Part shown: piece by piece, positions 26,876 to 37,010 of the stretch
Layout: each line of letters begins with the position of its first letter
Numbering within the stretch: position 1 is the first letter of the stretch
Assembly: GCA_963924565.1 (NCBI GenBank)
Contig: OZ004614.1
Coordinates: forward strand, 7,130,001 to 7,194,000
DNA: 64,000 nucleotides
Reading direction: 5' to 3'
Source of the DNA: Ascidiella aspersa
Taxonomy: Eukaryota
Made by a program: the position numbers and the translations under genes
The notes under the pieces: generated by a model
What the model was told of the DNA's origin: nothing
What the model saw: the letters and a program-made list of their open reading frames with translations, nothing else
Database searches by the model: none

Positions 26876-28583
26876 GTTAGTTTCAAATTCATATATGCTG
26901 GTATCTATTTTAATTTAGAGTGGCCTTGCATTTTGTCTATCTTCTGTGTACCTTCGGCAAAAAATGAGCTTCCGCCCCCTTTTTATGTAATGGTTGCGGA
27001 GTCACCTTATTGAGTTGACTGTTTGGTGGGATACGACGCTAAACATACAGGAGGTTAGTTAAAAAATCACTTTCGCTGCAAGTGGACAGGTCTTTGTTAA
27101 AACCCAGGCCAAGTATGTCCCGAATCCCCAGCTGTCCTTTAATACCTTCCTGTAAAATCGTCGCTTTCTGACATTTTACTCCGCCCCTTTAATTTCTTTC
27201 TCATTCGTTTTAAAAACAATCACAAACGTGCCCTTAACAAACTGGTGTAAAACGTTTCCTCAAAAAAATATACAGGAGGTTAGTTCGTGTTGTGGCGCAT
27301 AAATGTGGCGCAACAGAAACCCTATTGAATTGTTTATCGTTGTGTGGCGGGTTTGGTTGTTTACTTCTGTAAGTACGCCTTGTTCCTCAGTATGATCAAA
27401 TCAGTCCGAAAATCGGAACTTATCGCCACCAATAATAATAAAACAAATGACTTTCTCTGCAAGTGCACAGGACTCGGTTGAAACCCGGTCCAAGTAAGTC
27501 CCAACATTTCCAGCTGTATTTTATTGGAAAATGTACTGCCGGTTTGATTTATTTTTTGAATAATATTTCGCCAGGTAGCCACAGTTTTTAAATAAAATAC
27601 TGCAATTTTGGTTCGTTCCCACCTCAACTATATTCGTTCCCACCTCAACTATATTCTACTGTTAGTTAAAAACAAACTCGAGAAACACGATAAATTTAAA
27701 AAAAATGTTTGCTTCACGCCCCACAAAAATTAAGTTGCTTTGTTTGGTGCATTTTCAAAAAATAATTTAGCAACAAGTGATTTGATAAAGTTCATTCTAC
27801 GAACTAGCGGTTTCTGACATAAACATGCAAAAAGTTTGCATTGCAAATATGTATCAAAATTAGTGTCTTAATGCTGCACCAATTAGTCATGTGTTTTTCG
27901 TGTTTTCAATAGTTAGTTATTTACCAGTTGTTCCTCCGCTAAATAAGGGCGTTTGCCAATTTTTGACTTTTTGGTAAAAAGTTTTACAGGATTTTTTTTT
28001 GAGCTAGTGCGTCGCAAGCCAAGATAGTTCCCCTGCCCTAAACAGCATAGTGAGACCCACTTGATCGATGCAGTCATTCTACCTAAAGACAAATGTGTGT
28101 AAAAATACCCTCCATTGTCGTCCATTCCGGGTTTTTTCCGTGTCGTAATAAGACTATATTGACTCAATAACCAACAAGCGTTTTGTCGTTTACATACTTA
28201 CGTTTTTCCACCAATATACACTTTGCATCATGTCTGCGGTTTTCCATTTCGATTCTTAAAAGCGCGATTATCTGCGGCACCTTATCGATTCTGCTTCGCG
28301 ATTGCGCCTCGTTTGTTCGAAACAACCCCAAAGGGGCCCTGAATTATGCATTGCCGACTGCTAGCCTGGCCGTTTTTTTTTTTCACTTTTATCTACACTA
28401 AACAAAGAAACGGCGGAACGCTATTCCCCGGTAAAAACACACACATATATAAATAAGGGCGTATCTTTATTGAATCCAAAACCTTTGTCAGGAGGTTTTT
28501 TGCTTGTCGATCACTGTTCCGCTGACGCCTATATTAACAATAAGACAAGTTCAAAAACACGAGTAAACCATGATCAGACATCT

Positions 28584-28640
28584 TATACTGGCATCGTCAA
28601 TTAAGGAACTGACGATGCCAGCATAGGCGAAATATATATC
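28584..28640 (+). ncRNA. Hammerhead-like motif (family D) with upstream inverted partial copy
   Basis: CTGACGA(28609)-T-GCC agcata GGC-GAAA-TA-TA; 28584-28602 is the reverse complement of 28607-28625 with 2 mismatches; stem I weak. Confidence 0.4.
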
Positions 28641-29944
28641 CCTTTAACAAAGGGTAAAAATGTTCGAAAATCCTCAATAAACATCGAAAGCCCATTCCGT
28701 TCCGCCCGGCCCACACCCATGCCCCACCCCCAATTCTTAAGTCGGTAAATCTTCGTCGAACGAAAATAACTCGTTGCAGACTTTATTTTGACTCGCTCCC
28801 CTGAAGCTCAATGCTCGCCACGTCTCCGCTGAGTCATTGCCTTCTGACAGTGACTAATACACACAGGCACCGCAAAGCCAAGGCCAGACAGCCGCAGTTT
28901 ACCTGGCCAACTCGATAAACGCCTACCAAAGGCTTCCATTTCGCTTCGAAAACGGTACTACATCCTTTCTGACAAAATGGATTGAGCTTTCGCAGTTAAA
29001 AGAAGGCGTGATTTTGGAGGGTGGGGTGGCTTTTACCCAAGCATTTTGACTTACTGAGTGATAGAAAAAGCCACGAATCCTGGGATATAAAACTGTGTTG
29101 CGCTTTTGTAAGGCGCCAATTAAACTGGCCCGTTTTTTGTGGCCTGGCCTCATGTCTCGTTTTTCCAAAGCGTGTTGCTCGACGACTGATGAGTAATTTC
29201 AAGGTACAGGTTGGAGAGCGCCGGGTTTTTTACCAACCACTCGATATTTGCGATAGGATAATTTGGTGTCGACGTGTGCCTTTTTCAAATAAATGCCAGC
29301 TGCTAACTTTGGAAGCTCAAGATTATGTTCATAGCCCCCGCCCCTTGTACCTATACTTCACAATTGAAAAACACTGTTGTTATAGGATAGCCACTGTAAC
29401 ATCCATAAAAAATGTGTCTGATATCTTTTTTACCCATCTTTACAGTTTAATCAAGTGATTATCCAACTTCTTGCGGCCCACTGAGACATTTAAAAAACAT
29501 TACCCCAACAATTTTTCTCAAAATATGTTGCTTTAAAACGTTTTGTATTACCAACTGTAAAGAGCGATGTGTGGTGTGTCCTTTTTTAGAAAAAAATCTG
29601 ATTAAAAGGATTTTTTGTCGTTTTCAAGTACAGCCCTATTTCGTTGTCGATTTAAACACATATCTTTCGTTTATAGTTTGTTTAATTTCTGTCAGAGCAG
29701 AAACAACTACATTTCCAAAACCAAAATATTTAACGGACAAGATTAGTTTATATGCTTTTCCATCGAACATTAAAAAAAAGAAAGCAGGATTCGTTTCTCG
29801 CGTGCTTGTAGTGTATATACCCATCGGTAATACTAAAATATTTAATTAAAAAAGTTCTGCGGCACCCCTAAAAACCCTTAAAAAAATAACAGTTGTACAA
29901 CCACAGGTTTATATACCGTCCATCGTTCCAAGATTAGTTTAAAT

Positions 29945-30960
29945 CAGGGGCGGTCAACATACGGAGGGGCGGTCAACATCCGGCCCGCGATGGGATTTTG
30001 AGCGGCCAGCAGACAGTTTCTGGTTTTACATAATAATGTGGCCCGCGGCAACAGTCTGCCGCAATCCCCCACTACTTGTTTACTACGTCAAATAATAGTG
30101 ATTCTGTTATTCTTCAGTTTTTATTTTTTGGGTAAAATTAGAGGGCTTCAGCCGTAAAATCGAAATAAGAACAACATCAACCTCGGAATAGGGCAAAAAT
30201 AGGACTAATACCTAATAGTCTTATTACTGTCTAAATCGGAACAAGGTATTAACCCTCGGAATTAGACCTAAATGACCAGAATCAGGACTATAACATTTTA
30301 CAAGTGGTCTACAACACTAACTCCCCTAATAATATCAACCCTAACCCATTTTCTAACCCCGCCCATTGCCCACCAATAACCCCGAACAGGGCCAAAAAAC
30401 AGGTGCCAAAACAGCCGCGCCCTGACGGCGCCCTTCAAACCACGGCGCCCAAAATTTGACACCAAAACGGCCAATGCCGGACCCTAATCTTCTCATACGC
30501 TCTTCCTACGGTTTATGTCTTATTCAGACGAAGTTTTTATTCTGCCGTGGGTATTACTGCGTAGTCCTATTTGGCTTTATTATGTCGTTGGTGTTAATAC
30601 TATGGTACTATTGATTTTTCTGCTTTAGATATTCTTACTTTTTGGGTCTTTGTTGTGTGTTCCCAAATTAGATTTATAATTTAGCCTATATCAATATTTT
30701 CGGATTTTGCCAAGAAACGTAAAGTTGACGAGGAGTGTCGCAAACTTAACACGGATTTCAATCAATTCGGCAAGAAAGCAGTATGTTTGCTGTGCAATGA
30801 AAGTGTTGACGTGTTTAAAGAGTACAACATTAGCCGTCATTATGCGACAAAACATGCAGGCTATGGCAATACTATTAATGTATCGATTCTGAAATCCGGG
30901 CCGCCAAGTATTTCATTTTCCCATATCAGGCCCGCCCACTGAAGAAGTTGCCCACCCCTG
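29945..30960 (+). mobile_element. Internally deleted hAT (Buster/SPIN-like) transposon
   Basis: TIRs caggggcggtcaac / gttgcccacccctg, perfect 8-bp TSD gtttaaat, subterminal ggcccgc motifs, transposase N-terminal remnant. Confidence 0.88.
30709..30870 (+). pseudogene. hAT transposase N-terminal BED-type zinc-finger remnant
   Basis: AKKRKVDEECRKLNTDFNQFGKKAVCLLCNESVDVFKEYNISRHYATKHAGYG resembles the SPIN/Buster/GTF2IRD2-type KKRKVD.ECR...CLIC...KEYNL.RHY.TKH. Confidence 0.85.
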
Positions 30961-31590
30961 GTTTAAATGCTTAAAAAAACGGAAAGCCTAGTATGCGTTT
31001 CTCGCGTGCTTGTAGTCGTGTATATTTTTATCAGTAATACGAAAATGTAGTACAAAGTTTCTAGGCACACCCAAAAATCTCCTAAAAACGTTCTTCCAAA
31101 AAGTAACAGTTGTAGAACCTTTTTCTCACACCCGTTTACAAAGCCTTATTCGTTCCAAGATTAGTTTAAATACTTAAAAAAAATGAAAGCAGGATTCGTT
31201 TCTCGCGTGCTTGTAGTCTATATACCTATCGGTAATACAAAAATGTTTAAGTAAAAAGTTTTTCGGAACCCTAAAATCCCCTAAAAAAATCCTTAAATCG
31301 TTCCGAGATTAATGCCAATGCTTAAAACAATTGAAAGCAGGATTCGTTTCGTGCGTGGTTAAAACACAAAAGTTCCGCGGCACACCTAAAAATCTCCTAA
31401 AATATTCATTGAAAAAAAAATTGTTTGACCACTGGTTTTAGCCTTAATCGTTGTTTATACCTATCGGTAATACGAAAATGTTTACTTTAAAAAGTTCAGC
31501 GGCACACCTAAAATTATCACAAGGCAAACTGATGTGTACTGCGGCATACAGTTGTAAAACCACCGATTTGACCCCCATTCGTCTCTCCAG

Positions 31591-31751
31591 GTTGACTTCG
31601 CCTTCGAGGTCTGGCAAAGTTTCCCGGATCGAATCGTTGGGTTCCCGGCCCGGAGCCACTTCTGGGATGCAAGCAAGGAAAAGTGGGTGTACACCTCCAA
31701 GTGGTCCAACACCTACAGTATGGTGCTCACCGGCGCTGCCTTTCTGCATAG
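31591..31751 (+). CDS. EXT1: EXT1-like exon (human exon 9 equivalent)
   Basis: cag|GTT...CAT AG|gtagga; 161 nt; [53 protein letters not shown]. Confidence 0.96.
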
Positions 31752-32495
31752 GTAGGATTTGGTCATTATCCTTGAGTAAATGCATTTTTTCGTAAGGCCT
31801 CTTCCACTTTTTAACCCAGTGTTAATTGAAGCACTGTCATGTGTGAACATTGCCATGCATCTTGGTAAAGTATGATAGAACAAAAAACAAAATTTGTGTT
31901 AGTCTGTACATCTCCGAAACGACCCTTTTTCTCACTTAAATTTTCTATAATGAACTTGGTTTATTTTACTATCTTTAGTAAGTGTTTTGTGGGTAAATCT
32001 GAAAAACTCATTTGTTTAAAGAATAAAGTGAAGAAATATAGGCTATCGTACCTATCCTATTTCTGGTTTGAAGTTTTAAATCAGTGCAATCTTACATGCC
32101 TTTATTTATGGTTGGGCAGTACGACCTCAGAACGGCCGAAATTCTTCCTATCTCCTGTTTAAAAGTGAAATCTCTAGTTTTTCTTTATATGGGTTTTTAA
32201 GTAAATTGCATTTTAGAAGTTTGAGAAAGCGGTTTTAGGAGTTCATAACTATATATCTGTTGATTTATTTATGACATTTATCGTTATACTAGAGTTTTTG
32301 TACTGACCTTAAATATTTATCAAATTATCTGTAATTTTTTGTAGAAATTGAAGTACTCAATTAAAAAAATTATAATTTGTGCTCCAATATTTACTTTCCC
32401 CGCAGAATCGATCTCATCGCTATAGGCTGCCTATACTTCTGTATAAGCTTTGGTATTCTTATTACGGTTAACTAAATACATTTTGTGCTTTTCAG

Positions 32496-32626
32496 GTACT
32501 ACTTTAATCTGTACACCGATTGGATTCCGAAGTCGGTTCGCGCCGTTGTAGACGACATGAGTAATTGTGAGGATATCCTCATGAACATGCTCGTGTCGCA
32601 CGTGACCAGATTTCCACCAATCAAAG
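32496..32626 (+). CDS. EXT1: EXT1-like exon (5' part of human exon 10)
   Basis: cag|G TAC...AAA G|gtgaga; 131 nt; (R)YYFNLYTDWIPKSVRAVVDDMSNCEDILMNMLVSHVTRFPPIK with the GT64 NCEDI motif. Confidence 0.95.
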
Positions 32627-32686
32627 GTGAGACTGCTCCCGCGCTTTGTTGAAATGAAGATGAGTTACAAATCGAATTATATTTTC

Positions 32687-32991
32687 AATGTGTCGTATGA
32701 TATCATATGGGCCAGGACTATGCTACGAATCGTACTTAGATCTCCAATGTATCGTATTATATCGTATAGGCCAGGACAACATGTATGTTACGAATCGTAC
32801 TTAGATCTCCAATGTATCGTATTATATCGTATAGGCCAGGACAACATGTATGTTACGAATCATACTTAGATCTCCAATGTATCGTATTATATCGTATAGG
32901 CCAGGACAACATGTATGTTACGAATCATACTTAGATCTCCAATGTATCCTATTATATCGTATAGGCCAGGACAACATGTATGTTACGAATC
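32687..32991 (+). repeat. 65-bp minisatellite, ~4.7 copies
   Basis: tctccaatgt recurs at 32741, 32806, 32871 and 32936. Confidence 0.92.
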
Positions 32992-33619
32992 CTCCGTTCG
33001 TTTCATGCATTATGTTGTCCCGTCATTTTAGGGGAGGCTCCCTACTGAAAAGCAAATAGCAAACTACATTCAATTATAGGGTTGCCACAAAGTCTATGGA
33101 TGCAGGCAATGTTGGACCAGGGTCGACATCGAATTTTTAGAGATTACTTTCCAAAACAACACTACTTAAGAAACCTGCTGTTTTCAGGCCAACAGACGTC
33201 AAACTAAAATGAAGTCTAATTACATTTATATTAAAGGCTACAATGAAACTGAAAATTTTTAGCAAGCCCTAATGTTTTTTTAAAAAGTTTTCCAATAGTC
33301 TTTGAATTTATTTTATGTGTGGCTTAAAGTATGTGTTTTAAAAGTTTCCAACCAATTTTTATTGTCTTGACTATGGCTTTTGTACTGTGATCAAATTTTA
33401 GGTTTATTTTGCTTAGACCATGTTTGTCATGTCTTTAAATTTGTTTCAAAAAATGTGTTGTAACCCTGGATTACCACTACACAATACATTTGCTGTAACA
33501 CACACGTAATGTACGATATAACACGACACATTAGTTACTACAGTACCACATACTAATTCACAGCTCAAAACGATCAGACTAGAACCGGTGGCACAATTGT
33601 GACTATTCTTGTTTTACAG

Positions 33620-33746
33620 TTACCCAGAAAAAGCACTACAAGGATACGACCCAGACGCCCCAGAAAATCCCCCTTCCTGAGGGTGGGGTGATATCCAAGT
33701 GGTCGGACCCACAACATTTCGCCGACCGACAGATCTGCATGAAAAG
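33620..33746 (+). CDS. EXT1: EXT1-like exon (spans human exon 10/11 junction)
   Basis: cag|TT ACC...AAA AG|gttggt; 127 nt; (V)TQKKHYKDTTQTPQKIPLPEGGVISKWSDPQHFADRQICMK. Confidence 0.93.
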
Positions 33747-34280
33747 GTTGGTGATGGATTGTGATTCCGCCTAATTATATCGCAGTGGTGGTGACATTAA
33801 GATTCGCAAAACCATTTGCTTCTATCTACTATTTAATATTTCTTTTACAATTCTTTGAGTGTTGTGCTTCAAATTTCCGATTAAGATTCTTTTTTTTTGT
33901 TCTTTACGCAGCCTAAAAGAGTAAAAAAAATATTTGTTTTCTGGATGAAGTAACTCTGCCAGATTCTAAATACGACTAATAAACAGTAAATAAATCTCTA
34001 TCCCAAAGGGTTTTTTTGTTTGCTTCCTGAAATCAATCTATGCTTACAACTTACACTTAGTAGATAGCAAAACACTAAAAACTATGGTACTATTTGCATA
34101 GAAACGAACTCAGATTCTTTGGTGCCAGCTTATTTGCTAATTTCCTTGTCTAACAACCTTGCAGTAAATTAAGGACGATAAACGTAAACTATAGCCACTT
34201 AAAATTCGTACCAAACATTCACATTCGCCTCTTCAGACCAACCCTGATAAACCTTTAATGACTTTTCGTTCTTGTTCCAG

Positions 34281-34413
34281 TTTCGTCGACTTTTTCGGCT
34301 ACATGCCGCTTCTCTCTTCCGCCACAAGAATGGACCCGGCCCTGTTCAAGGACAAGGTCTCGGTCACTCGCAAGAGGTATCCAAAAATCGAGGCACCAAG
34401 TCAGAAGAGGTGA
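34281..34413 (+). CDS. EXT1: EXT1-like terminal coding exon
   Basis: cag|T TTC...; (S)FVDFFGYMPLLSSATRMDPALFKDKVSVTRKRYPKIEAPSQKR*, stop TGA 34411-34413 (human FGYMPL...RLDPVLFKDQVSILRKKY). Confidence 0.95.
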
Positions 34414-36649
34414 AGTTCACCGCTAGACGGCGGTCGAGATCCACTGCAATTCGGTAGTAATTCGAGCGAAAAACAAACGGTTTTCTATCGGCTCGCCGCA
34501 GCGCCCCGTAGCGACCGCTTTACGGTGGAATTGCGCGCCGCATGGGGGCGCAAGAGAAAACGGTTCTTTTTCAAGTTTCTCCGGTTGCGCAGCATGGGCT
34601 GAAATCCCAGTTTGGCAATGGACGCGACTGGTTTTGCCGGCATCCAAGTCGCCTATACGCGAGCGATTTTTTGGTTTGCCTTCAATAGCTTTATAACCCT
34701 GTTCGACGCCGAAAAAAAACTGGGTGTCGTTTATCAGTAACCTTAACCAAACCAGCATATTTATACGCGTTGTGTCGCCCCTTGTGCGTTACTTGTCGCC
34801 TTTTTTCGTGCCAGTTCTTTTCTAACTTTTATACACGCTCCCGATTCGTCGAAGTGCTATCCAGTGAAGACGGTTGCTTTTTCTACAAAAACAAAAATTA
34901 TCGTCATTCGCGTGCTATTCTTCGGTCAAACAAGGTTCAATTTTTTTTTTCTGTCCTCTTTTTAATTTTACCGCGCTTTCTTTGCCGCCGCTGTTGTTTT
35001 CGCCGCTTACTTTCCACGAAAAGGCCGAAGTTGCCCCACTGCAAAGCGTATGGCATCCTGTTTTGCAGGGGGGGGTGCCTTTTCGGCTCTCCGGTTACCA
35101 ATTAAGCATCACATTTCGCTGATTGCGGACCTGGCCTGTACAAAGGTTGTTTAGCGCCATCAAATCACCCCGTTCCTCTTAATGTGCGTTCCCCTGCGGC
35201 CTTCTAGGATCTTCTCCCCGATGTATTTCGAATTTTAAACGCGCGAAAGCTCATGATAAAGTTTCGATCAAGTGCTTTAGCGTCGGAGAACTGTATTGCA
35301 AGAAAGACGACTTACGTGACCACTTTTAACCCAGTTATGTCTTCTTAAATTGTTGTAACGTACATATGTTATTGAGACCTGCTGTTTTTGTATCGGCTTG
35401 CGAAGCACTTGCTTAAAATTACCTGCAACCGTTTGACAGCTACACAATGCAGACATTGTGGCTAGGGAAACGTTACTCCTAACCTCATTTGGTTTCCCAA
35501 AGTTGTTCTATTCCAAATATTATAGCCCATACGGTTGTAATATGTACGTACGTTTCAATTAAATCGATCTTAAAAACGAATTATGGTTGATTAAAAACCT
35601 TAGCGCAGACTGCATTTGGGTCTCACTACAGCATCCAACTGTTATTCTCCAAACTATTTTCTTTTCTTTTTTTTGTGCCTATTTTTTTCGTGGCAAGACA
35701 TTCGCCTCCAGTTAAACTTTCGTAATGCTATACGTCAAATTGGATGAGTAATGAAGGTGGCCCTTCTTGATTTCGATAATGCTACTCTTGCAACAAACCT
35801 CAATTCTAATCAAGTATGTTACTAGTCGCACAGTATGAATATTACAGTTCATTTAGAACTATTTTCAACTAAACTCGCCTAAGTTAACTCTATATCCATC
35901 GAATTAAGTTATCAATGCATCCAAATGTTAGGCGGAAGTATAAGGATCATTGTACAAATTTTATAGTTTGTTAACTGATGTTGGTAGCACTCCCTAAACT
36001 TTACGCCCTAAGAATAGGTGATATTTAAACGCCAGTCTGTTTAACGATTACAAGTTTGCACTACTGGAAATTTGCAGTTCGGCTCTGGCCGTTTAAGTTT
36101 TACAATGCATTTTCGGAATTCAATTGCTACCGACTGTTTCCAATCATTTTTAAAATTCACACACACTAAGCGAACTGTGTAATTGAAAGCTTTAAAAAAT
36201 CATGCCCGTGAATGTCGTTTAACAGGGATTATTTCGTGCCAAACGTATAAAACGCGATTTTAATCGTAACACTCAGTCGTTTAATGCACCCTTTTAAATT
36301 ACGCAAGGGACGAAACGAGAATATCGCTACTGTAGACCCTTGTGTTGAATACTATCCAGCGTGTGTGGTCATTCCCACCAGAGAATCACCAGTATTGTTG
36401 CCAAAACGCGGACCAATTTGATCCCGATCGTGTTGATTTTTTTTGTTTTTCGCTTTGCTGACTTCATATATAGCTTCTTGTCGTTTTGTCATTTTCTGTT
36501 GTTGGTAATGTTGTGGTTGCATTCGTTTTGCGTGCTTTTCTCTATACTTGTTGCAACTGTATTTATTAAGTCCACCTTGTCGGTGCTTGTCAACACCAAG
36601 CCCAACAAAAAAATTTTTTAGGAGCAATTAAATGCAAACCAATGGGCCG

Positions 36650-37010
36650 GGTATATGTTAGATTTATGTTTAAAACCATTTAAAAAATTCAAACACGCCT
36701 TCATGGCGAGCATTTCCGAATCGATAGACAGTGTGGTAAACTGTAAATGAAATAAACAAGCATAATGCTCAATTTTCTCATTCTGTTATTTGCACTAATA
36801 CCTTCAATTTTCAAACTGCATCAAAACAGCATGTGTTAGATTTCTGTTAAAAAAATATAGAAAGTCCGAAAACGCCTTCATGGCGTGCATTTCCAAATCA
36901 ATAGACAGTCTGGTAAACTGTAAAATAAAAATACAAAAAATGAAGCATAATGCTCATTCTGTTATTTGCACCAATACTTTCAAGTTTCAAACTGCATCAA
37001 AACAGCATAT
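36650..37010 (+). repeat. ~180-bp tandem duplication
   Basis: acgccttcatggcg...atagacagt.tggtaaactgtaaa...tcaaactgcatcaaaacagcat occurs twice. Confidence 0.85.

Larger units (their letters stand above)
29735..31562 (+). repeat. Degenerate ~150-200-bp tandem array interrupted by the hAT element
   Basis: caagattagtttaaat...gaaagcaggattcgtttctcgcgtgcttgtagt...cggtaatac...gcacacctaaaa recurs about five times. Confidence 0.8.

Noticed and set aside
30707-30892. 61-aa ORF from the track
   Set aside because: Wrong frame; the real signal is the transposase remnant in the frame starting at 30709
32627-33059. ORFs with repeated peptides; possible CRISPR-like array
   Set aside because: Translation of a 65-bp tandem repeat; no unique spacers or cas genes; eukaryotic intron
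36361-36621. Hydrophobic 86-aa ORF resembling a membrane protein
   Set aside because: Result of T-rich low-complexity sequence; no supporting splice or start context
34414-36950. EXT1 polyadenylation site
   Set aside because: Several ATTAAA/AATAAA candidates; cannot choose without transcript data
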